A DNA stretch of 45,620 nt, from the NCBI GenBank assembly GCA_964537705.1, contig CAZICA010000002.1, positions 1 to 45,620 on the forward strand, written 5' to 3'. The notes below the pieces were generated by a model. The model had not been told where the DNA came from. It did not search any database and worked only from the letters and a program-made list of their open reading frames with translations. Positions 33,157 through 41,492 of this stretch are shown here, piece after piece (position 1 is the first letter of the stretch; each line of letters opens with the position of its first letter). The DNA is from an uncultured Candidatus Saccharibacteria bacterium. GTDB lineage: Bacteria > Patescibacteriota > JACPGU01 > CAZICA01. The position numbers and the translations under genes are program-made.

Positions 33157-34533
33157 ATGAAAGAAGAAAAATATAGAAAAATCGGAAATTTTATTCTTAA
33201 AAAGTTGGCAAATTATCTTACCCGAAAAGCTAAAGATAGGTCGAAATTAGAAAGGCTTTTGGAAACTTGGGGGAAAAATAATTTTTTAATCAATCTTTTA
33301 GCGAAAAAACTGAAGATAGAGCCTCGGTTAATAAAAGAGGTTTTAAACAAAAGATATTATCAAGAACTTTTAATAAATATTGTAGAAAGTTATTCTTTAG
33401 GAATATTTCCTCCAAGATTGCAAATGCCCGCTTTAGTGGTTTGGAATTTTACTAATTCCTGCAATCTAAATTGTAAACATTGTTATCAGAATGCTGGTTC
33501 CCATACTGAAATTTTTAAAGAAGAATTGACTTTAGAAGAGAAATTTAAAGTGGTAGATCAATTGATTGAAGGTGGTGTTTCCTTTCTTGCTTTTTCTGGA
33601 GGAGAGCCTTTAATTCACAAAGATTTCTGGGAAGTGGCAAAGAGGGCTAATCAAAAAATTCATATAAGCGTGGCTACTAATGGAACTATTTTAGAAGAAG
33701 TTGCACCTAGGTTATCTCAAGAGTTTCAAAGTTGTGCTCTGTTTGTGAGTTTAGATAGTTTAGATAAGAGGAAACATGATAAATTCAGAGGTATGGAAGG
33801 AGCCTGGGAAAGAACAATCCGAGGAATAAAAACAGCATTACAATATAAAAATTTACAAGTAGGAATAAATACTGCGGTGACTAAACAGAACCTTTCAGAA
33901 CTTGAAGATATAATTAACTTTGCCAGGGATTTAGGTTGTAGTTCTTTCACTGCTTATTCTTATATTCCAGTGGGAAGGGGAAAGGGACTAAGAGAACTAG
34001 ATCTTTCTCCTTTAGAAAAAGAAAAAATGTTAACCATCCTTTATAAGCAATATCTGAAAGGTGGGATACCCGTTGTCTCTATTGCTCCTCAACTTGGAAG
34101 GAAAATGGCAGAATGTGGCGGAGTTTCTTTTTTTCATTATTCGTTTATCTCAAAAGATAAAAAAAGAGCCAAGATGGGAAAAATTATTGCCAAATATATT
34201 GGAGGATGTGGAGTTGGAAGAGTTTATTGTGCTTTGCAACCTAACGGAGATGTAACCCCTTGTGTTTTTATTCCAGAAATTGTTTTAGGAAATTTAAAAA
34301 GGGATAGTCTAAAGCATATATGGCAAAATTCTGAATTATTAAATAAAGTTGCTTATAGAGAAAATACTGCATGTGGATCTTGCGAGTATGCTAATTATTG
34401 TGGGGGGTGCCGGGCTAGAGCCTATCATATTACAGGTTCTATTTTTGGGTCTAATCCGAGTTGTATATTTTATAAAAAAAGACAACAAAAGGTTATAGCA
34501 AAAGAAAAATTTGTTAGCTGCTCTAGGGCGTAA
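33157..34533 (+). CDS. radical SAM enzyme with C-terminal SPASM domain and ~95-aa N-terminal extension
   Basis: CNLNCKHC is the CxxxCxxC motif. GGEPL is present. The C-terminal Cys clusters GGCGVG..YC....G.V.PC and CGSC.....CGGCRARA are typical of SPASM. Confidence 0.8.
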   Translation: MKEEKYRKIGNFILKKLANYLTRKAKDRSKLERLLETWGKNNFLINLLAKKLKIEPRLIKEVLNKRYYQELLINIVESYSLGIFPPRLQMPALVVWNFTNSCNLNCKHCYQNAGSHTEIFKEELTLEEKFKVVDQLIEGGVSFLAFSGGEPLIHKDFWEVAKRANQKIHISVATNGTILEEVAPRLSQEFQSCALFVSLDSLDKRKHDKFRGMEGAWERTIRGIKTALQYKNLQVGINTAVTKQNLSELEDIINFARDLGCSSFTAYSYIPVGRGKGLRELDLSPLEKEKMLTILYKQYLKGGIPVVSIAPQLGRKMAECGGVSFFHYSFISKDKKRAKMGKIIAKYIGGCGVGRVYCALQPNGDVTPCVFIPEIVLGNLKRDSLKHIWQNSELLNKVAYRENTACGSCEYANYCGGCRARAYHITGSIFGSNPSCIFYKKRQQKVIAKEKFVSCSRA

Positions 34534-34685
34534 ATCATATTAGTCCAAACTTAAAGATCAGCTTCTTTTGATTTAAATTAAACTTTTAACTGAACCATTA
34601 TTTGGTTGAGTTTTTCTTTATGAGCCCCGAATCCGGTCAAATAATCTAGCACTCTCTTTTGGCAAGCCAATTTTACTTTTTTTTC

Positions 34686-34715
34686 TTGACAAGAAAAGGT
34701 TTTTTGTGATATACT
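34686..34715 (+). promoter_or_regulatory. sigma-70-type promoter with extended -10
   Basis: TTGACA (34686-34691), an 18-nt spacer ending in TGa, then TATACT (34710-34715). Confidence 0.6.
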
Positions 34716-34735
34716 TAATACATAAGGAGTAAAAA

Positions 34736-35812
34736 ATGAACAGAAAAGAGATTTTGATAAAAGAAGACCTTATGGCTCTTCTCACTAATATTTTAGCAGT
34801 TCTTAAACCTCGTCAACAGGAGGTAATAATAAAAAGATATGGTCTTGACGGAGCCAAACCTCAAACCCTAGCTCAGATAGGGGAAAGTTTTAGTATAACC
34901 AGAGAAAGAGTTCGTCAGATTGAAGAAGCATCTTTAGAAAGGATTAAAAAAGACGCTAAAGAAATATTTGGGCCAGTTTCTCAAATTTTACTTGCTGTGA
35001 TTCAAGATAAAGGAGGGGTGGTTTCAGATAAAGATTTAATGGAGTTTTTATTTAGTGAAATAGAGCAAACAAAACGAGATCTTTATGCTCAAATTACTAG
35101 GTTTCTTTTAGTATTGGAAGAAAAACTTTCTAAAATTAAAGAAAATGATCTATTTAGAGAAGGATGGCGACTTTCTTCAATTGAGGAAGATTTGCTTAAA
35201 GAAATTGTTCAAGCGCTTATAAATATTTTAGAGGAAGAGAAAAAAATTTTAACACCAAAAGAATTAATTGAAAAATTACTAAAGAAAGATAATTTTAAAT
35301 CCCATCCTCAAAAACCTAGATTAACTCAAAAACTTCTAAGAGGATGTGTAGATATAGCTTCTCCGATTAAAAAAACACCCGAAGGAAAAGTTGGTTTAAT
35401 TTCTTGGCCCTTGGTTAATCCAAAAACAATAAGAGACAAAGCTTATTTTGTTCTTTCTCGGATTAAGAAACCCATGCATTTTAGAGAAATTGCAGAGGCT
35501 ATAAAAAATCATAATTTTGATAAAAAATCAGTAACAGTTCAAACGGTTCATAATGAGTTAATAGCTGATCCTAGATTTGTTTTAATTGGAAGAGGAATTT
35601 ATGGCCTTTCAGAATGGGGCTTAGAAAAGGGAACGGTGCCAGAAGTAATTGAAAAAATTTTAAAGGAAGCAAACAGACCTCTTTCTAAGGAAGAAATAAT
35701 TCAAGAAGTTCTTAAAACAAGACAAGTAAAAAGAACCACTATATTAGTGAACCTACAAGCAAATCCAAAGTTTAAAAGAACTCCTGAAGGATATTATATT
35801 TTGGAATATTAA
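34736..35812 (+). CDS. sigma-70 region-4-like HTH protein with C-terminal HARE-HTH-like domain
   Basis: L.PRQQEVI..RYGL.....TL.QIGE.F.ITRERVRQIE resembles sigma-70 region 4.2. The C-terminal part MHFREIAEAI......VTVQTVHNELI.D.RF...GRG.YGL..W resembles HARE-HTH. Confidence 0.65.
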   Translation: MNRKEILIKEDLMALLTNILAVLKPRQQEVIIKRYGLDGAKPQTLAQIGESFSITRERVRQIEEASLERIKKDAKEIFGPVSQILLAVIQDKGGVVSDKDLMEFLFSEIEQTKRDLYAQITRFLLVLEEKLSKIKENDLFREGWRLSSIEEDLLKEIVQALINILEEEKKILTPKELIEKLLKKDNFKSHPQKPRLTQKLLRGCVDIASPIKKTPEGKVGLISWPLVNPKTIRDKAYFVLSRIKKPMHFREIAEAIKNHNFDKKSVTVQTVHNELIADPRFVLIGRGIYGLSEWGLEKGTVPEVIEKILKEANRPLSKEEIIQEVLKTRQVKRTTILVNLQANPKFKRTPEGYYILEY

Positions 35813-35813
35813 A

Positions 35814-38375
35814 ATGTCTGAAGTTATACATCAAATTTTCCAATTTCTGGGTTATTTATTTCTAGTTGCTGGATGGATAATTGTGTTTATCCTTATTTTT
35901 AATGCATATCAATATAGAAGGAAAAGAAAGTGGCTTGAGGCTCAAAAATATACTACTTTATTAATTCAAGTTCCTAAAAACAATGAAAAATCTCCTTTAG
36001 CAGCAGAGTTAATGTTTGCTTCTCTTCATGGAATTTTCAGACCTTTGAAAGAAAGGCTTAGAGAAGGAAGTTTCCAAGAGCACATAAGTTTTGAAATTGT
36101 TTCAGTAAATAAATTTATAAGATTCTATGTTCATACACCAGTTCATTTAAGAGATTTTGTAGAAGGACAAATTTATGCTCAATATCCAACAGTGGAAATT
36201 TCTGAGGTTGATGATTATACAGAGTCTTTTAAGCCGGAAAAATTAAATTTTATAGGCACAGAACTTTTATTAACCAAACCAGAATTCTATCCTATTAAAA
36301 CATTTTCAAATTTCGAAGTAGATCCCTTGGCAGGAATAACAGCTGTTTTAGGAAAACTTGATGAATCAGAGCAAGTATGGGTTCAACTATTGGCAAGGCC
36401 AAGTGATGATTCTTGGCAGGCAAGAAGTATTGCTTATATCAATGCTTTAAAACAAGGTAGGATAGGGGGGAGGAAATTAGGTATTTTAATAGGATTTATA
36501 AAATTTTTGATTTCTTTAGCAAAATTAGTAGTAGCTCCTCCTTCTAAAGCTCCGGAAGAGAAAAAATTACCCGGGCCTGTCGAGCAGGCTATAAAAGCTA
36601 TTGAAGATAAAGCAACAAAATTAGGTTTTGAAGTCAAAATTAGATTGCTTTTGATCTCAGATAAAGATCCTTTAACAATGAAAACAAAGCTTTCTTCAGT
36701 TGTTGGCGCTTTCAAGCAATTTAATATCGCTAATTTAAATGGATTTACTGCAGGAAAATTCTTGTTTAATCAAGATTCTTTTTTACAAGATTATAAAGGA
36801 AGGGTATTTGTTGATAAGGGATTTGTATTAAATATAGAAGAGCTTGCTTCTATTTATCATTTGCCAAATGTTACCGTTGAGACCCCAAATATTGTTTGGG
36901 CAGGGGCTAAAAAAGGAGAACCTCCTTCTAATTTACCAATTGAAGGAAGTGTTCCTGCTGAAGAATTGACTGTTTTTGCCCAAACAGATTTCCGACACGC
37001 TAAACATAAATTTGGAATAAAGACAGATGATAGAAGAAGGCATATCTATGTGATTGGAAAAACCGGGATGGGGAAGACGACTATGTTTGAGAACATGGTT
37101 ATAAATGATATTTTAGCAGGAAGAGGCGTTGGGGTTGTTGATCCTCATGGAGAGTTTATCGATACACTTTTGGATTATATTCCTAAAGAAAGAATCCAAG
37201 ACGTAATTTTATTCCGACCAGGGGATAGGGAATATCCAATAGGATTTAATTTACTTCAAGATGTTTCTCATGATTTTAAAGGAATTGTTGCTTCTGGAGT
37301 GGTAGGAATTTTCAAAAAGATTTTCGCTGAATCCTGGGGACCAAGATTAGAATATATTTTGAGAAATACTATTTTAGCACTTTTAGATTATCCAGGAGCA
37401 ACTCTTTTAGGAATAAATAGAATGCTTACAGATAAAGATTATCGAAAAGAGGTGGTAAAACATATTTTAGATCCGGTTATCAGAGATTTTTGGATAAAAG
37501 AATATGCATCCTATGATCAGAAATTTAGAACCGAGGCAATAGCACCAATCCAGAATAAAGTAGGACAATTTCTTTCTACTTCCACTATTAGAAATATAGT
37601 TGGTCAATCAGAATCTACCTTTAATATCAGAGAAGCAATGGATAACAAGAAAATTTTACTAGTGAAATTGGCCAAAGGAGAAATAGGGGAGGATAATGCT
37701 GCTTTATTAGGGGCGATGATAATCACAAAAATCCAACTTGCGGCAATGAGTCGAATAGATACTCCAGAAGAAGACAGGGTTGATTTTTATCTTTATGTAG
37801 ATGAGTTTCAAAATTTTGCTACTGAGGCTTTTGCTACCATTCTTTCAGAGGCTAGAAAGTATAGATTAAATTTAGCCTTAGCAAATCAGTATATAGCTCA
37901 AATGCCTGATAAGGTAAGAGATGCTATTTTTGGAAATGTTGGAACTATAATTTCTTTCAGAGTTGGCCCTCAGGATGCTGCTTTCCTTGAAAAAGAATTC
38001 GAGCCTGTTTTTGATGCCAACGATCTTATTAATTTAGATAAATATCACATCTATATTAAATTAGCTGTAGATGGAGTCACCACCCCAGCATTTTCAGCTA
38101 CTACTTTACCTTTACCAACTAAGAAATTTGGGTACAAAGATGAAATTATAAAAGCTTCGAGAGAAAGATATACCAGACCAAGAGAGGAAATTGAGGAGGC
38201 AATTAAAAAATGGGCTGAACCGATTGTTCCTGAGAGAAAAATAGAAAAAGAAAAATTTGAAAAAATAGTAGATATAAGAGGAGAAGTTTGGTATAGACCA
38301 AAATACAGTGAAAAGGAAGAGCTAGAAAAAGAAGTATTAAAAGAAGGGGAAGTAGTTGATTTAAATAAAAGTTAA
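35814..38375 (+). CDS. membrane-anchored VirD4/TraD/FtsK-HerA-superfamily P-loop ATPase
   Basis: N-terminal TM helix. Walker A GKTGMGKTT. Walker B LYVDEFQNF. The ATG lies 1 nt after the upstream stop. Confidence 0.65.
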   Translation: MSEVIHQIFQFLGYLFLVAGWIIVFILIFNAYQYRRKRKWLEAQKYTTLLIQVPKNNEKSPLAAELMFASLHGIFRPLKERLREGSFQEHISFEIVSVNKFIRFYVHTPVHLRDFVEGQIYAQYPTVEISEVDDYTESFKPEKLNFIGTELLLTKPEFYPIKTFSNFEVDPLAGITAVLGKLDESEQVWVQLLARPSDDSWQARSIAYINALKQGRIGGRKLGILIGFIKFLISLAKLVVAPPSKAPEEKKLPGPVEQAIKAIEDKATKLGFEVKIRLLLISDKDPLTMKTKLSSVVGAFKQFNIANLNGFTAGKFLFNQDSFLQDYKGRVFVDKGFVLNIEELASIYHLPNVTVETPNIVWAGAKKGEPPSNLPIEGSVPAEELTVFAQTDFRHAKHKFGIKTDDRRRHIYVIGKTGMGKTTMFENMVINDILAGRGVGVVDPHGEFIDTLLDYIPKERIQDVILFRPGDREYPIGFNLLQDVSHDFKGIVASGVVGIFKKIFAESWGPRLEYILRNTILALLDYPGATLLGINRMLTDKDYRKEVVKHILDPVIRDFWIKEYASYDQKFRTEAIAPIQNKVGQFLSTSTIRNIVGQSESTFNIREAMDNKKILLVKLAKGEIGEDNAALLGAMIITKIQLAAMSRIDTPEEDRVDFYLYVDEFQNFATEAFATILSEARKYRLNLALANQYIAQMPDKVRDAIFGNVGTIISFRVGPQDAAFLEKEFEPVFDANDLINLDKYHIYIKLAVDGVTTPAFSATTLPLPTKKFGYKDEIIKASRERYTRPREEIEEAIKKWAEPIVPERKIEKEKFEKIVDIRGEVWYRPKYSEKEELEKEVLKEGEVVDLNKS

Positions 38376-38410
38376 ACTTTAAAAATCTAAAAGAAAGGAG
38401 GTGAATTTAT

Positions 38411-38860
38411 TTGGAGAACGAAAACCAACTTCGGAAGTGGCTGGTAGGGATTGGGTTGACTTTGGGGTTTTTGATCTTCATGTTTTTTGTTAGCAAAAGC
38501 TGCAAGAAGGAGAGTCGGCCTTTAATTCCAGAAGAGGAAAAGGTGGAAGTAGTTGAGACCCAAAAAGAAGTTACAAAATCAGAACCAGTTGAGATTAAAT
38601 TGCCCGAATCTAAAAAAGGAGGAACATTTACTTTAGAGTATGGAAGTTGCATATGGAAGAAAGTAATCTATTATGCAAAAGAAAAACTTTCTTTAGCAGA
38701 AGTTTTAACTCTTTCAAAATTAATTTGTTGGGCAAATCAAATAGAAGTACCTGAGTGGAACTTGGAAGGAAAAATTAACCATCGCAGAATCCCTGCTGGA
38801 ACTAAAATTAAAGTACCAGCTGCAGGATGTAGGAAATTAGTATGTGAGGCAATGAGATGA
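38411..38860 (+). CDS. membrane-anchored protein with LysM-like C-terminal region
   Basis: TTG start with AAGGAGGTGA 7 nt upstream. One TM helix. FTLEYGSCIWKKV....L..AN.I....IPAGTKIKVP resembles a LysM pattern. Confidence 0.45.
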   Translation: MENENQLRKWLVGIGLTLGFLIFMFFVSKSCKKESRPLIPEEEKVEVVETQKEVTKSEPVEIKLPESKKGGTFTLEYGSCIWKKVIYYAKEKLSLAEVLTLSKLICWANQIEVPEWNLEGKINHRRIPAGTKIKVPAAGCRKLVCEAMR

Positions 38861-38874
38861 TTTTTTTTCTTTCA

Positions 38875-38900
38875 CCTCACCTTATGGTGAGGTTTTTTAT
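38875..38900 (+). terminator. rho-independent terminator
   Basis: Stem CCTCACC (38875-38881) pairs with GGTGAGG (38886-38892), followed by a T-run. Confidence 0.8.
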
Positions 38901-38925
38901 TTTGGCTTTAAAATGCGAAATTTAA

Positions 38926-38954
38926 TTGACTTAGAGATAAAATTTTTGTATAAT
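38926..38954 (+). promoter_or_regulatory. near-consensus sigma-70 promoter giving a leaderless mRNA
   Basis: TTGACT (38926-38931), a 17-nt spacer, then TATAAT (38949-38954). ATG 38962 lies 7 nt downstream. Confidence 0.7.
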
Positions 38955-38961
38955 ATTGTAT

Positions 38962-39687
38962 ATGAGAAAAATCTTTCTTAAAATTTGCTTGATTTTCATT
39001 TTAATTTTTCTTTTAGGGTTTTTTTTAAACCCTTTGCTAACAAAGGCAAAAGCAAAATCTTCAATTGAAAATATCAAATTACAAATTCCTTTTAATGTTC
39101 CTTCTAGATGGGAAAATTATAAAAAAGTAGATGAAGAAGTTAAGCTTATCCCATTGAAGGTAGGGGAGAGGATTATTTATTTTGGAGTAAAAAACAATCA
39201 ATTTCTAGCTGGAGAAAATGATACCTGGTTTATCTATGGAAGATTTGGAAAATTAGAATGTGTAGGGAAGGGATTAAATCCTTCTTATGAGATTTGGGGA
39301 GGGAGACATAATGGACTTGATTTTTCTGCTCGATATGGACTTGAAGTTGTAGCTGCAGCTTCTGGAAAAGTTATTTTTACTGGAGAATTTATAGGAAAAA
39401 CTATTATAATTGATCATGGGGGGTTTAGAACCACCTATGGCCATTTAGCAAAAATTTTGGTTAAAAAGGGCCAGAAAGTAAAAGCAGGTCAAGTTATAGG
39501 AAAGGTAGGAAATACTGGAACTTTTAATCCCCATTTGCATTTTGAACTTGATAAATTGCTCCCTAATGGGAAATTTTTAGCTTTAAATCCAGAAAATTAT
39601 ATTAAAATTGATTGGAATTCTGTAATAATACCAGATTGCGTTCCAAACGACCCTTTAGATCAGAGTGAGTTTATTTGGAGTTTTTAG
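38962..39687 (+). CDS. M23-family (LytM-type) peptidoglycan metalloendopeptidase with N-terminal signal/TM
   Basis: HNGLDF, GKVIF.G, DHGGF.T.YGHL and GNTG....PHLHFE motifs. The track start at TTG 38956 would lie at or upstream of the predicted transcription start. Confidence 0.8.
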   Translation: MRKIFLKICLIFILIFLLGFFLNPLLTKAKAKSSIENIKLQIPFNVPSRWENYKKVDEEVKLIPLKVGERIIYFGVKNNQFLAGENDTWFIYGRFGKLECVGKGLNPSYEIWGGRHNGLDFSARYGLEVVAAASGKVIFTGEFIGKTIIIDHGGFRTTYGHLAKILVKKGQKVKAGQVIGKVGNTGTFNPHLHFELDKLLPNGKFLALNPENYIKIDWNSVIIPDCVPNDPLDQSEFIWSF

Positions 39688-39720
39688 TTTATTTAGCTCT
39701 TTAAAAGGAGGTGATCTCTG

Positions 39721-39825
39721 ATGACTTTATCAAATTTGTTATTAATTCTGGTTATCGCTGTTTTTTCTTTTACTAATCTATTAGTTCTTATAGAGCTTGT
39801 TAGATCAAGAGGTGATAAAAAGTGA
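39721..39825 (+). CDS. micro-ORF encoding a 34-aa single-TM peptide (MTLSNLLLILVIAVFSFTNLLVLIELVRSRGDKK)
   Basis: Not in the track. AAGGAGGTGA Shine-Dalgarno 6 nt upstream. Its stop overlaps the next gene's GTG as GTGA. Confidence 0.45.
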   Translation: MTLSNLLLILVIAVFSFTNLLVLIELVRSRGDKK

Positions 39826-40154
39826 AAAAAGATCCTAAATATCTTTACCAAAGAGTTTTGAAATTTATAAGAGAGAAGGATCCTATTGTTGTTTTTAAAA
39901 AATTAAAGAAAGGAGTATTAGGGGAACTAAACGGATTTGAATCAGACCAGTTGGAACTTATCGAAATTGATTTTAGGCAGAATGATGAAGAACGAGCCCA
40001 AACGCTAATTCATGAGATTCTTCATTTTCTTTTACCTAAAGAGGAAGACGAAGAAATAGAACGTTTAACAAAATTGATATGGAGCTCTCTTTCTGAAAAA
40101 CAAAAAGAATATTTAATTTTTAAGTTATATTTGCAAGTTAAATATCAAAAATAA
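39822..40154 (+). CDS. small HExxH-motif protein (possible mini zinc metallopeptidase), 110 aa
   Basis: LIHEILHFLLP contains HExxH. GTG start coupled to the upstream micro-ORF. A terminator follows. Confidence 0.45.
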   Translation: MKKDPKYLYQRVLKFIREKDPIVVFKKLKKGVLGELNGFESDQLELIEIDFRQNDEERAQTLIHEILHFLLPKEEDEEIERLTKLIWSSLSEKQKEYLIFKLYLQVKYQK

Positions 40155-40178
40155 CGGGGTTTAGCCCGTTTCTTTTAT
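40153..40178. terminator. bidirectional hairpin terminator between convergent genes
   Basis: Stem AACGGG (40153-40158) pairs with CCCGTT (40165-40170). T-rich tracts flank it on both strands. Confidence 0.55.
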
Positions 40179-40221
40179 AGGGAATAGAAATATTGCTTGT
40201 CGCACAATGTATGTTATGCGA

Positions 40222-40626
40222 CTAATAACTTCCGTCATATCTTCTATCAAAAATACTTTCTCTCCTGTCTTTTTCAGGAATTTTTTTAAATAATTTCAAA
40301 ATATAAAATCTTCTAATGATAGCTACATTTTGCATGATTCTTATCATTAAAACAATAATTACTGCTAAATATAGATCAAGAGCTAATTTGTCTCCAAACC
40401 AAACTATTCCAGCACAAAAGAGCATGTTAAACACTAATCCGGATAAAAATACTGAGGTATAATAATTCTTCTGAATGTCCGATCTTATTGCTCCTATTAT
40501 TGAATCAATCAAAGCTAAAATCGCTACAGCAGTATATCGAGCGTATTCTGCCGGAATAGAAATAGGAGAAAAAAGTCCTATAATCACACCTAAAATAAGT
40601 CCAATTAAAAGCAAGATTAAAGTCAT
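40222..40626 (-). CDS. DUF1290-like small membrane protein with a C-terminal extension
   Basis: GLILGVIIGLFSPISIPAEYARYTAVAILALIDSIIGAIR matches the DUF1290 N-terminal pattern. The gene overlaps secF by 4 nt. Confidence 0.6.
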   Translation of the reverse strand: MTLILLLIGLILGVIIGLFSPISIPAEYARYTAVAILALIDSIIGAIRSDIQKNYYTSVFLSGLVFNMLFCAGIVWFGDKLALDLYLAVIIVLMIRIMQNVAIIRRFYILKLFKKIPEKDRRESIFDRRYDGSY

Positions 40627-41492
40627 TTTTTAGAACTCCAGATTACTAAAATAGGAGAAGCAATAAAAATTGAAGAATAAGTTCCTGCAATAAAGCCTAT
40701 AATTAAAGCAAGAGCAAAATATTTAATAGTTGATATACCAAATAAAAATAAAGCAAATAAAACTAGCAAGGTTGTAAAAGATGTGTTAAGAGAACGAGTG
40801 ATTACTTGCATAATACTTTTATTTACCAAAGAAGGAAATGGTTGATTAGAATATTTTAGATTTTCTCTTATTCTATCAAAAACCACAATAGTATCATATA
40901 CAGAAAATCCTATTATAGTTAAAAGTGCAGTTATAAAGTAAGAATCTATCTCTATATTAGAAAAGTGTCCTAAGATAGAAAAAAGACCAATAACTACCAG
41001 TACATCATGAACTAATGCTATGATTGCCGAAAATCCCATTTTCCAAGAAGATATTCCCTTTGGTACACTTCGAAATGCCCAAGCAATATATAAAATTATA
41101 AAAAAGCTTACTAAAAGAAGGGCCCAGATAGCTTTTCTAATTAATATCTTAGAGATTGCAGGACCAACTGTTTCAAATCTTATTTCTTCTACTTTGGCAT
41201 TTTTTTCCTTTAATTTTCTTTTTAATTCTTCAAATGGCTTTTTCTCTAAAGTTGAGCTTTTGATTAAAATAGAATCTTTTTTGGTTTTTGAGATTGTTGC
41301 ATCAGAAATTGTTGAAGAAATTATATCCTTTATTTCCTCAAATTTTAGATTTTTAACTTGATATTCAACTAAAGAACCACCTTTAAAATCGATTCCCCAA
41401 TTAAGTCCCCAACAAATCAAAGAAACAAGGCCTGCTAATATTATTAGCGAGGAAATTGAAAACCAAATTTTACTATTTTCGATTATTCTCAT
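40623..41492 (-). CDS. secF: protein translocase subunit SecF
   Basis: GIDFKGGS motif and a six-TM pattern. The gene overlaps secD by 4 nt. Confidence 0.85.
   Translation of the reverse strand: MRIIENSKIWFSISSLIILAGLVSLICWGLNWGIDFKGGSLVEYQVKNLKFEEIKDIISSTISDATISKTKKDSILIKSSTLEKKPFEELKRKLKEKNAKVEEIRFETVGPAISKILIRKAIWALLLVSFFIILYIAWAFRSVPKGISSWKMGFSAIIALVHDVLVVIGLFSILGHFSNIEIDSYFITALLTIIGFSVYDTIVVFDRIRENLKYSNQPFPSLVNKSIMQVITRSLNTSFTTLLVLFALFLFGISTIKYFALALIIGFIAGTYSSIFIASPILVIWSSKK

Noticed and set aside
33726-34255. ORFs 33726-33950 (-) and 34061-34255 (+, alternative frame) inside the radical SAM gene
   Set aside because: They overlap a gene with clear CxxxCxxC and SPASM motifs and have no signals of their own.
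36434-36715. Minus-strand 93-aa ORF inside the ATPase gene
   Set aside because: Antisense shadow ORF.
38407-38652. Minus-strand 81-aa ORF
   Set aside because: It is antisense to the SD-preceded TM/LysM-like gene.
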